Positions 1 to 9,030 of a stretch of DNA of 64,000 nucleotides are shown one piece after another (within the stretch, counting starts at the first letter, position 1; the number at the start of each line of letters is the position of its first letter). This DNA comes from Promethearchaeota archaeon (GTDB taxonomy: Archaea; Asgardarchaeota; Lokiarchaeia; Sigyniarchaeales; SOKP01): NCBI GenBank assembly GCA_030599585.1, contig JAUVNS010000002.1, forward strand, positions 224,001 to 288,000. Direction: 5' to 3'. The notes under the pieces are model-generated. The model had not been told where the DNA came from. It was given only the letters and a program-made list of their open reading frames with translations, and made no database searches. The position numbers were made by a program, and so were the translations under genes.

Positions 1-352
1 GATCGTCAGCAAAAACTAAAACACATCCTTTATTCAATCCAGTGTATCCTAAACTAAAGAATGTGTCAGAAGCAACATTTAACCCTACACTCTTCATTGC
101 GATTAATGACCGCTGTCCTCCCATAGAAGCGCCTGCTACAATTTCAAGAGCAACTTTTTCATTTGTAGCGATCTCCATTTTTATTCCAAATTTATCCGAA
201 ATTTGGTAAAAAGTATCTAAGATTTCAGATACAGGAGAACCAGGATAAAAAGCTACGATTTTAACATCAGACTCTAAGGCCCCTCGTACTATAGCCTCGT
301 TACAAAAAAGAAAGGCATGTTTTTTATCAGTCGAAATTACATCGGATAACAT
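1..352 (-). CDS. iorA: Indolepyruvate:ferredoxin oxidoreductase alpha subunit, N-terminal part (runs off window start)
   Basis: Manual translation from ATG at 352: MLSDVISTDKKHAFLFCNEAIVRGALESDVKIVAFYPGSPVSEI...NEKVALEIVAGASMGGQRSLIAMKSVGLNVASD, matching the IorA motifs YPGxPxxEI, NEKVA and MKxVGLNVA; not in ORF track. Confidence 0.85.
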   Translation of the reverse strand, partial: MLSDVISTDKKHAFLFCNEAIVRGALESDVKIVAFYPGSPVSEILDTFYQISDKFGIKMEIATNEKVALEIVAGASMGGQRSLIAMKSVGLNVASDTFFSLGYTGLNKGCVLVFADD

Positions 353-475
353 GATTTTGATTCTAATCTCTCATTTAGTAGTATTTAAGAAGTGACAGAA
401 ATTCACTTCTTTGAATGTTATTCTGAAAATTCTCTTAAAATTATTTTCATTATGTTTTATAATATAGTTTGATTC

Positions 476-573
476 ATTCTTGTTTGCAATATATCTGAAA
501 TCGAATACATTTATAAGGGTGTTCTTCTTCCATTATATTAATGTTCGATTTCAAATATATTAGAGATCGAACA
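476..573 (+). promoter_or_regulatory. Promoter of padR-hsp20 with palindromic operator(s)
   Basis: TATA-like TTTATAAG at 510-517; imperfect 32-bp palindrome TGTTCGAT-N16-ATCGAACA at 542-573; degenerate second copy at ~476-507. Confidence 0.5.
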
Positions 574-588
574 CAAATTTGGTGAAAA

Positions 589-1251
589 TTGAAAATGTTT
601 TTTGGTAAAAGATTTAGTGGACATGAAGGCGAAATCTTCTCAGGGTTGGATATCTTAGTACTTTCTCTTATAGAAAACTACGACGGTATCTCTGGATACG
701 ATCTCGCTCGGAAAATAAACAAGAAATTCAATAAACTTTGGCACGCATCTCCTGGCACAATTTATCCTTTACTAAACAGATTAGCTAAGAAAGGCTTTAT
801 TGCAATGGAAGTAGTAACCAGAAACAATCGAAATATTAAATTGTATAGAATTACGAAATCAGGACAAATAAGATTAAAAGAAGTTCTCAAAAGCAATTTA
901 GAACCAAGTATAGACACGCTTGGAGAATATCTTAGAACTATAGTTCAAACTTGGATTCCTGATGAAGATCGCATACATAGTATGATGTCTTGCTTTCCAT
1001 TTCACCGAGAGCAATCACATAGAAACATAGATAAGGAAGATTACTCTATAGCGAACATTGAACGTGTAAAAAGAAGATTAGATGAACTGAATTTTTCTAA
1101 AACCAAGATATCTAAAAGATTGGATCATATTGGTAAAAAAATCTCTCATTACGAAATATTACTAAGTGATCTGAATGTTAAGCGAAAAGAGAATACAAAA
1201 ACTATAGAAATTGTTGACGATGACGAATATGAGGCTTCCAAAAAACCTTAG
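589..1251 (+). CDS. PadR-family transcriptional regulator
   Basis: wHTH motifs SGYDL, SPGTIYPLLNRL, KLYRITKSG; C-terminal coiled coil; SD GGTGA upstream. Confidence 0.9.
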   Translation: MKMFFGKRFSGHEGEIFSGLDILVLSLIENYDGISGYDLARKINKKFNKLWHASPGTIYPLLNRLAKKGFIAMEVVTRNNRNIKLYRITKSGQIRLKEVLKSNLEPSIDTLGEYLRTIVQTWIPDEDRIHSMMSCFPFHREQSHRNIDKEDYSIANIERVKRRLDELNFSKTKISKRLDHIGKKISHYEILLSDLNVKRKENTKTIEIVDDDEYEASKKP

Positions 1252-1295
1252 TTTTCACCACCCAAATTAAAAATTAAAGAAAAGAGGTAAAATAT

Positions 1296-1796
1296 ATGCA
1301 TAATGACAAAAATTGTGGACCAAGGCACCATGACAGAAATTATGGGCAAATGCATGGCATGCATGGTTGTATGCCTTTTAATCCGAGGGACATAGCAAAA
1401 ATGAAACACATGGCTCACCAGTTTATGGGAGGTTTCATGGGTGATTACATTCATCACAATATGGAAGATTTAGGAAGTGAATACTTGATTACAGTACCAT
1501 TACCCGGTCGTACTAAAGATGATGTTACAGTATCGCTTATTAATAAACACTTGAACATTAAAGCAAATAAACCAAAAGTACCTGAACATGAAAAAGTCTC
1601 TGAAGAACCTAAAAAACAAGGATTTCCATTTATGTTTAAAGGTTTTAGGTTTATCGACGTAAACATGGATGTTCCACTTCCTGCGGATGCTGACGAAACC
1701 AAGATAACTTCTAGAATGACAAACGGCCTTTTAAGAGTTATAATCAGAAAGAAACCTGCAAAACCTATAGATATTAGTGAAGAACCAAATAATTAG
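1296..1796 (+). CDS. Small heat-shock protein (Hsp20/alpha-crystallin) with His/Met-rich N-terminus
   Basis: YLITVPLPGRTKDDVTV...VPLPADADETKITSRMTNGLLRVIIRK alpha-crystallin signature. Confidence 0.85.
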   Translation: MHNDKNCGPRHHDRNYGQMHGMHGCMPFNPRDIAKMKHMAHQFMGGFMGDYIHHNMEDLGSEYLITVPLPGRTKDDVTVSLINKHLNIKANKPKVPEHEKVSEEPKKQGFPFMFKGFRFIDVNMDVPLPADADETKITSRMTNGLLRVIIRKKPAKPIDISEEPNN

Positions 1797-1820
1797 GACC
1801 TAATATCACATTGAAAAGGC

Positions 1821-1915
1821 GGAGCACTTTAGAATTTATTACTTATCGACTCGGAGAGAGTATAAAAGTAGTAGTAAAACTCTAAAGCACTCCATTTATT
1901 TATTTTTTTTTATAT
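1821..1915 (+). terminator. Long 3' hairpin followed by T-rich tract after hsp20
   Basis: Nested pairings GGAG/CTCC, CTTTAGA/TCTAAAG, TTTATTACT/AGTAGTAAA, ACTC/GAGT, then a T-run. Confidence 0.5.
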
Positions 1916-2075
1916 TTATACTTATAGAATGTTTACTGACTTATTTTAACACTGCTTTTTAGAAGTTATTTAATCTGAATCAGAGGCAATATTTTTGATT
2001 AATTTTTACTTAAGATTTATAATTTTGAAAGGTTAAATAATAATAATAATTAAATCAAATTTAACCTTAGAAATT

Positions 2076-4652
2076 ATGAATGAACAAAAAAGTAAAAAAA
2101 TGCGAACACATCCAGTTAATTATGTCCTCTTAGCTGCATCCTTCATCGTTTTCGGTAGCCTTGGATTAGTGTTTATAACCCAAATGGAAATTCAACCCGG
2201 ATGGGTTTGGGAAGAGTATAGTGAAGAAAATTCTATGGAATTGTCTATCATAGCTGCTGACGACTTTAATAAGGATGGTATCAACGATATTATTACTTAC
2301 GCCGATGTTAGATGGCAGGAATCTGAGAATGAAGGAAATCCGGATGATTTAACTAATTATGGTAAAATACTCGGATTAAATGGCTTGAGTGGAGCAAAGC
2401 TATGGGAAAAAAACACCAATAATCCGGTGAAGAGAGTGTTTGAGCTGGGGGATATAAACGGTGATGATATAAAGGATTATTTCGCTGTGATTGCTTCCGT
2501 AACTCCAGATTGGGTCAAACCTAACAATCAATCTAATTTTCAACCAGAAATAATTCCAGATGCTTATACTAATATCATGATCTCAGGTAATAACGGCACT
2601 GACATTCCGATTCTAACAGGGGATCTCCGAAATTTTACTAATCTTTTCATGCACGATGCTGTTTATCTGAACAATAGCTTAGTTGATCTTGTATTTATTG
2701 AGTGTATATCAAAAGTAAACGCGTCGAACGAGTATTATTGCAACATTTCCAGTTATTTCGTAAATGGAACTCAATATGACACATTCTACATGGATTTTAC
2801 GTGGATTAGTGAAAATGATATAATTCCAGCCATAGATTTATTTCCCTACGGTTCTAAAGATGAGCTGCTTTTTATAAATCAAAATTCAATTATATTATTC
2901 AATACCAGTGCGTCTAACTTCATGAATCCAATTTTCAACGAAACGCTTACCGAACATAGTACTCGTTATACTTTTATTGAAGACCTAAATGGCGACGATA
3001 TTAACGAGATAGCGCTACTATCAACCGAGGGGAATGTAACAATTGTTAATGGTATTGATGGGAGTACAATTCGGATTTTTAGTATTCCAGGAGAATACAA
3101 TAATTTTGATATTAATCTACTCGGTTCTGACGAAAGCGATATGGAAGCCTACATTTTAATTAATTGTGATATATATGAAGAGAGTTCTGGAACAAGAGAT
3201 AGTCTTATGATAATTTATAAAGTTGAAGAGACTTCTGAAGAAATTTATTGGCAATTATCTACCTATTCAACTGAAGAAGCAACGAATGCCTATGCCTTAG
3301 GAGAAGATATGAATGGAGATAACATTGATGAAATAGTTCTTTCCGAAAGAATTAGACTTGTTTATTCCCCTCAAGAAGTTCGCCGTTTAACGATAATAAA
3401 CCCGTCAGATAATTCAGTTCTTGGTATTATAAATAACGAATATGGTACTCAGGAATTGCTTCCATTTCAAGATTTTAGCGGTGATGGTAAAGGTGATTAT
3501 GTTTTTTCAGCTCACGATAGGGTTATTGCGTTTGCTTCTTCAAAACCACTCGCAATATGGTTGTCTCCACATTTCTCTTTTGGAACTCCACTTTTTGCCA
3601 CTCTTGTAGCTTTATTAATCGTAGGAATAGTATTAGTTATATTAAAGAGTAGGAAGCTGAGCTTTAGTAGAGGAGGTGTCAAGGAACATAAACTTACGGT
3701 CGCTGTGAATGCGCTTGCCATAACTTTAATGTCCGTCACTTTCTTGTTGTTTCTAATACAGCTAAATATCTTTAACAAGACGCTAATACCTAACCAAAAT
3801 ATGACTTCGATTATTGTGAGCTTCCTTACAGTAATAATTACTTGGTATGGAGCATTACCCTTAACCGCTGCGTTATACAATAGATTTGCCTCGAGATTTG
3901 CTTATTTCTTCATAAAACTTCGATCACTCTTTTTTAAGATATCTAAAAGCTATGAAACAGATATACTTGTGCTTGATATGGAGGATAGGAAAGAAATTGG
4001 GACGGTGATCCAGATGAAACGGATTCTTCTCCCGTTACTCCTTTCGATTGCAATTGGATTCTATACGTACGGAGCTATTACACCTATTCTTGGTTACCCT
4101 CAAGATTTTGATGTTTTTGGGTCAACTGAGTTCTTTCAATTTATGAACGGTTATATGCTTTGTTGTATATTTCCAATGATTTTGACCTTTCTCGTATTTT
4201 CGTTTTTTATTGCCGGAAATTTCCTTTTAGATGACGCTGGTGTCGTCTACTTTCGTCAATCCAAAAAATATCGAGGTCCAGGAGATATAGAACCGATAAG
4301 CGTATGGGCTCAATCACTCGTAAAGGGGATGGCAGGTCTTTCTGCGATAGTGACTTTAATAGGTTTCTTAACAACGGTAGATCTTTCAGGATTCTTCGCC
4401 GATAGCAATGATATTGCGAGCATGGTATTTGGAGTCTTAGTAATCGTGGTTTTCTTTGCGGGGATTCCATTTTTAACCGCTTTTTCATATATATTATTAG
4501 CGGGAGAAATAATGGAATTCTCAATGGATTTCAACACCCAAAAATTATATTCTTTAATGGAAAAGAAAGGATATGACCCGACCCCGCGCGATGTAACCAA
4601 TATTTACCCCGATGGAAAACCTTCTTCACGCAATTCTATAATAGAGGAATAA
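2076..4652 (+). CDS. FG-GAP/VCBS-like repeat (beta-propeller) membrane protein with C-terminal multi-TM domain
   Basis: N-terminal TM; five DxNxDG/DD-type motifs (DFNKDGINDI, DINGDDIKDY, DLNGDDINEI, DMNGDNIDEI, DFSGDGKGDY); about 7 hydrophobic helices after residue 500. Confidence 0.7.
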   Translation: MNEQKSKKMRTHPVNYVLLAASFIVFGSLGLVFITQMEIQPGWVWEEYSEENSMELSIIAADDFNKDGINDIITYADVRWQESENEGNPDDLTNYGKILGLNGLSGAKLWEKNTNNPVKRVFELGDINGDDIKDYFAVIASVTPDWVKPNNQSNFQPEIIPDAYTNIMISGNNGTDIPILTGDLRNFTNLFMHDAVYLNNSLVDLVFIECISKVNASNEYYCNISSYFVNGTQYDTFYMDFTWISENDIIPAIDLFPYGSKDELLFINQNSIILFNTSASNFMNPIFNETLTEHSTRYTFIEDLNGDDINEIALLSTEGNVTIVNGIDGSTIRIFSIPGEYNNFDINLLGSDESDMEAYILINCDIYEESSGTRDSLMIIYKVEETSEEIYWQLSTYSTEEATNAYALGEDMNGDNIDEIVLSERIRLVYSPQEVRRLTIINPSDNSVLGIINNEYGTQELLPFQDFSGDGKGDYVFSAHDRVIAFASSKPLAIWLSPHFSFGTPLFATLVALLIVGIVLVILKSRKLSFSRGGVKEHKLTVAVNALAITLMSVTFLLFLIQLNIFNKTLIPNQNMTSIIVSFLTVIITWYGALPLTAALYNRFASRFAYFFIKLRSLFFKISKSYETDILVLDMEDRKEIGTVIQMKRILLPLLLSIAIGFYTYGAITPILGYPQDFDVFGSTEFFQFMNGYMLCCIFPMILTFLVFSFFIAGNFLLDDAGVVYFRQSKKYRGPGDIEPISVWAQSLVKGMAGLSAIVTLIGFLTTVDLSGFFADSNDIASMVFGVLVIVVFFAGIPFLTAFSYILLAGEIMEFSMDFNTQKLYSLMEKKGYDPTPRDVTNIYPDGKPSSRNSIIEE

Positions 4653-4778
4653 TTTAAATAGAATTTTCTCTTTTTATTTTTTTTTATTATCCTAATATGA
4701 ATAAAATAGTTGATTTTGGGAAGAATTAATAAGAAAAATAGTAAAAAAAAATAAATATATAAAAAAATCGTTTTAGAA

Positions 4779-5747
4779 TTATCTTTTGCGTATTCTACCT
4801 CTAACAACTACAAAAACAACTAAAGCAACGCTGACAGCTGAGACTATTATCAGAATTAGATAAAACAGCCATTCTGAATTGGAACTTGTTATCCGGTAAA
4901 TAATCGTATCACTTAAGTCTTTTACTGTGAAGGAAGACATCATCCCTCTCTCTCCGTAGGAAACTTCGACAGTATAATTTGTTATACCATAGCGCTCAAA
5001 TATAAGCGTTGACCCACTTACTGAAGTATTCTTGCATCCAAGTTCGCTAACTAGAGATTCTAAGTAACTTCCGTGTGGTCCTGCAGTTGCAAAACCACTG
5101 AAAATGAGGTTCCAGAGAAACTCATCTGCGCTTACATTTGGAAAGCTCAAGCCAGATGATTGAATAAAGAAGTTTCCGTTTAGATCTTCAGCAAGAGCAC
5201 TATAATCGTCTAACATTACTTTGAATTTTAAAGGGTCCGGAAAGATTATGATTCCTTCGGTACTGCTCGGGTTCTCCTCATATTCATTAGTTGTATAGTT
5301 CCAAACCGCGCGTAATCCGTACGATAAGGTATAATTAGTTGTATAGTTTGCATTGATCGTAGTTTTGTTGTATCCTTGAAAATCCATAATAGCTAAGAGT
5401 GCAAAAGTTTCTGTAGAGTTGAAGAATTCGCGCATAAAGATTGAGGTAAAAACATCCCAAGTGTCCCATGTGGAGGGTACCCATCCTCTTAGTGTTGCTT
5501 TGCTTTTTGCATTTGTAATATTTGCCTCTCCTTCAAACCAATCGCTCGGTGTTAAGGAAGGATCAACAGTGTTTTTCCATTCATCACCATCATAAAGTTC
5601 TACTACGAATTCATCAGTTCCTTTCGTTAAAGTATTTTGGTACGTTGTACTAGCTACTATCGATGTCGAAAGAATTCCTATAAGAAATAAGCTAAGTATA
5701 GTTAAACTCAATATACTTGTTCTGGTTTTACTTTTAATTAACCTCAT
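4779..5747 (-). CDS. Secreted, C-terminally membrane-anchored (glyco)protein
   Basis: Signal peptide, several NxT/S sequons, C-terminal TM plus basic tail RGRIRKR; translationally adjacent to ABC permease. Confidence 0.65.
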   Translation of the reverse strand: MRLIKSKTRTSILSLTILSLFLIGILSTSIVASTTYQNTLTKGTDEFVVELYDGDEWKNTVDPSLTPSDWFEGEANITNAKSKATLRGWVPSTWDTWDVFTSIFMREFFNSTETFALLAIMDFQGYNKTTINANYTTNYTLSYGLRAVWNYTTNEYEENPSSTEGIIIFPDPLKFKVMLDDYSALAEDLNGNFFIQSSGLSFPNVSADEFLWNLIFSGFATAGPHGSYLESLVSELGCKNTSVSGSTLIFERYGITNYTVEVSYGERGMMSSFTVKDLSDTIIYRITSSNSEWLFYLILIIVSAVSVALVVFVVVRGRIRKR

Positions 5748-5748
5748 C

Positions 5749-6618
5749 TTACAATTGCCTCCTTTTGAATAAAATTGCTGCTAGCAAGAAACAAGCAACG
5801 ATATATACGAGCAATAGCGTCGTTCCCATAAAAATACTAGGGGTTGCCCAAGAACCGAATGAAAAATCACCACCTCCCATTCCAGGAGGACCCATCCCTC
5901 CGAACGAAAACTCGGCATATCTAGGATCTGGAAATGGATTTAGCAATATTGAGGTAACTAAATTACCCAAATATGCTAATGAGTATAAGGGTTCAAATGC
6001 GTCTGCAAATATTAAATTAATAATCTGGTCAGCTATGTTAAATCCCATAAGAAGAATAACCAAGGTGATTATGATTGTAATATTTACATTTTTCATAAAA
6101 GAACTGAATAGGGTCACAAAGCTGCTTAACGCTATAACATATAATACAGCAAATCCGAACGAATAAAATATCCGAATGTTAATAGGTCCACCATAATATA
6201 AAAACCCAAAGAGTCCGAGTATAAAATAAAACACTGCAACAATGAATACCACAAGTATTAGATTTCCAAGATACTTTCCTATAATCAATTTGTATTTGTT
6301 TATTTTTGGAAAGACAATAAAACCAGTTCTTTTGTTGAACTCAGAACAGATGATACCCGAAAAGAATAAACACGCCGCAAATAATGTTATGAACGAGATA
6401 AAGTTCAAACCGCTACTAAAGAACTCTGCTTGTGTATCTGCTAAAAGAAAGTCCGGAAACAATTGCAAAATATAACCCGTTAACACTGCAATTAAGATTG
6501 AAATTAGTGTAAAAAAGTAGAGTTTTTTTCTCTGTTTTTTCATTTCAAAGATTATCGTGTGATATATTGGCGATAATCCAATAAAAGTCTTATCTTCATT
6601 ACGCATTTTAAGAATCAT
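5749..6618 (-). CDS. ABC-2 type transporter permease
   Basis: Six TM helices, ICSEFNKRT...IIGKYLG motif, ends FKRRQL; follows ABC ATPase. Confidence 0.8.
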   Translation of the reverse strand: MILKMRNEDKTFIGLSPIYHTIIFEMKKQRKKLYFFTLISILIAVLTGYILQLFPDFLLADTQAEFFSSGLNFISFITLFAACLFFSGIICSEFNKRTGFIVFPKINKYKLIIGKYLGNLILVVFIVAVFYFILGLFGFLYYGGPINIRIFYSFGFAVLYVIALSSFVTLFSSFMKNVNITIIITLVILLMGFNIADQIINLIFADAFEPLYSLAYLGNLVTSILLNPFPDPRYAEFSFGGMGPPGMGGGDFSFGSWATPSIFMGTTLLLVYIVACFLLAAILFKRRQL

Positions 6619-7654
6619 CTCCTGTTAATTTAATTGTTCCTTCTGGTGTATTATCCGTTACCATTTGGGAATATACTCTCTCAAGTTGAGTAGTCCTTGG
6701 TTGAATGAATGAGAGAATTGTGAAATCTGACTCAAATTCTTTAACTAAAATTTTCAAGATTTCTCCTTTCGATTCTTTTTTTCCATCAAAATAAAATTTT
6801 AGTCCTTGATGTTCTATATTATATACTATAGGAATTTCTGCTGTGTTTGGATCTAAATTCTGATCTAAATAAGGATTAAGCCTATCAACCATTCGAATAA
6901 GTAAAGGAGCCCGTTTCTCAGAAGGAAGCGGATTCAGTAAAACACAATTTATCTCGCTGGTTTTTAGTGTAAGTGCTAAGTTGTCGACGGTGTCAAAGCC
7001 TATAATCTTCCCATAGTTAATGAGAGCAATTTTATCACATATTTCAGCAATCTCGTAGAGCATGTGTGATGCTACAAAAATAGTTTTTCCTAATTTTGAA
7101 AGTTTTCTGATATATTTCCGTATCTCTATTCTCGCAAGTGGGTCTAATCCCGTTTGTGGTTCGTCCAAAATTATAATATCGGGATCGTGGAGAATTGCTT
7201 GAATGATTCCTAATTTTTGCGTCATTCCTTTTGAGTAGTTCCTAACTCTTTCATGTTTCCAGTCTGAAAGCTTGAAGAGCTCTAAAAGCTCGTCGATTCT
7301 ATTCTCTAATTTATCTTTTGGATATCTCTGAATTTTTGCAAAGTATTTGAGTAATTGATATCCCGTCATGTTGTAAAAATTAGGGATGTCTATTAAGAAG
7401 CCAATCTGGCTAACTGTTGAAGATACACGCGCCAAGTCTTTCAATTCGCTATCGTTCGTTCTAATTAGGATTTTCCCTGCATTTGGTCTTAAAATCTTTG
7501 CAATCATCTTTATCGTGGTTGTTTTTCCTGCGCCGTTTGGACCTACTAATCCTATAGTTTCTCCTCGTTTTACTTCTAAATTAATACTGTTGACCGCAGT
7601 AAAGTTTCCAAATTTTTTCGTTAAGTTTTCTAGTTTAATTACTGTTTCTGACAT
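6608..7654 (-). CDS. ABC transporter ATP-binding protein (exporter type)
   Basis: Walker A GPNGAGKTT, signature YSKGM, Walker B IIILDEP, SH motif. Confidence 0.95.
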   Translation of the reverse strand: MSETVIKLENLTKKFGNFTAVNSINLEVKRGETIGLVGPNGAGKTTTIKMIAKILRPNAGKILIRTNDSELKDLARVSSTVSQIGFLIDIPNFYNMTGYQLLKYFAKIQRYPKDKLENRIDELLELFKLSDWKHERVRNYSKGMTQKLGIIQAILHDPDIIILDEPQTGLDPLARIEIRKYIRKLSKLGKTIFVASHMLYEIAEICDKIALINYGKIIGFDTVDNLALTLKTSEINCVLLNPLPSEKRAPLLIRMVDRLNPYLDQNLDPNTAEIPIVYNIEHQGLKFYFDGKKESKGEILKILVKEFESDFTILSFIQPRTTQLERVYSQMVTDNTPEGTIKLTGDDS

Positions 7655-7678
7655 TATTTCTTCATTTTTGATTTAAAT

Positions 7679-8248
7679 TTATGATACATCTTCATTTCGA
7701 TTTTTATCGTCCAATTTTATAATTTTATCTTCAACCTTGTGAAGATTTTGGTTTAAAATTTCAATTCTTTTTTTGAGAAAAGTTCTCTGGAATTCTAAAA
7801 CTTGTCGTGTTTCAATTCCAGGTTTGTGAGTCATTGCTGCAAAAGGAGACCTCTGATCAAAAATGTCATTCAATTCAATACTAGTTAATTCGTCCTTAAT
7901 TCCAAATGTAGATGTGATAATAGATCTCATAGATTCTCTTATTTTTTGCTCCTTTTTAACCATTATTTCAAGCGTATTCTTACCGTCTTCTGTGATATCG
8001 TAAGTTATTGTTTTTTCATCTGTATCGGATGTTTTAATCGAGCTTATTAGATTTTTTTCTCGTAAGTCTTTTAGAATTGTATAAATTGTTGAGTCTGTGG
8101 GCTCCCAGCATCCAAATGTGCGTTCTTCTATAGCTTTTTTGATCTGACGACCGTGCATAGGTTCTTTCTCTAAAACCAATAAAGTTAGGGTACTAATAAA
8201 TCCCTTTTTCATTGCTTTTTCAAATTTCCCGACAATATCTTCAACCAA
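7679..8248 (-). CDS. PadR-family transcriptional regulator heading the ABC operon
   Basis: PMHGRQI...STIYTILKDL...TYDITEDG. Confidence 0.85.
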   Translation of the reverse strand: MVEDIVGKFEKAMKKGFISTLTLLVLEKEPMHGRQIKKAIEERTFGCWEPTDSTIYTILKDLREKNLISSIKTSDTDEKTITYDITEDGKNTLEIMVKKEQKIRESMRSIITSTFGIKDELTSIELNDIFDQRSPFAAMTHKPGIETRQVLEFQRTFLKKRIEILNQNLHKVEDKIIKLDDKNRNEDVS

Positions 8249-8270
8249 AAGGCGTCACTCTAAAAATTGT

Positions 8271-8341
8271 ATCGATTATTTTTATTAAAATCGAAATGTA
8301 TCAGTTATCGATATAATGGATATATCGGTTTCCGTTATAAA
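8271..8341 (-). promoter_or_regulatory. Promoter/operator array of second padR operon
   Basis: TATA-like TTTATAAC on minus strand at 8334-8341; ATCGAT-like hexamers at 8271, 8290, 8307 and 8324. Confidence 0.4.
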
Positions 8342-8729
8342 CTTTGATCTTCTAATTAATTAGAATTTCAATACCTCAACCGATTAATCCTAGCTTTATT
8401 AGCTTAATTAAGTTAAATGATTTAGCGTTACATAAATTCAATAGTAACGAGAAAAAATTTAGGATTTTGCCTCAAATTTAAAATTGTGGAAATTAATTTG
8501 TAGAAAAGAGAAAAGGGTTTTATTATGAATAGATAGAAATTTCTGAAAAGAATTTACGTAAAATCATTTGACTTCTTAAAACTAGTATAATACGCTTAGA
8601 TATATTGTTCGTGAAATCTATGAGTGTTTCGAGTATATTATTCTAGTATTATATTAATATATTATTCTGTTTTCTCGACTAAATATTAAAAATAACAGTT
8701 TTAACAATTCATAAGGTGGTTTGAAAAAG

Positions 8730-8923
8730 TTGAAGTTAATAACCTGTCATGTGCCCGAATTCATTTGAAATTTCTTCAAATTTGAAGGGAAGCTTATCTG
8801 GCAGGAATTGAAGATTTAGTAAATCTGAATATATACCCAAACCGATCTGAAGTTATCAGAGTTGCGATTCGAGATCTCTTAAAAACGGAGTTAAGCACAG
8901 TATTTCATAGGAAACAAGAATAA
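8730..8923 (+). pseudogene. Ribbon-helix-helix (CopG/Arc/MetJ) regulator interrupted by a 32-nt insertion (pseudogene or spliced/bypassed gene)
   Basis: TTG at 8730 reads MKLITCHVPE; frame resuming at 8792 reads AYLAGIEDLVNLNIYPNRSEVIRVAIRDLLKTELSTVFHRKQE*; the halves join into a typical archaeal RHH if 8760-8791 is removed. Confidence 0.8.
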
Positions 8924-9030
8924 TTTTTTTTTTCCTTTCTTTATTATTTTTATTCTTCTTCGAATATAGCCAATTGAAAATCTTATTTTACTGAACAGTT
9001 TTTTATGCTACACTGTGTTATATAATTTCA

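Noticed and set aside
8768-8774. -1 frameshift heptamer A-AAT-TTC as rescue of the RHH gene
   Set aside because: It lies after an in-frame TGA, the -1 frame hits another TGA at 8783-8785, and extra residues would disrupt the ribbon-helix junction
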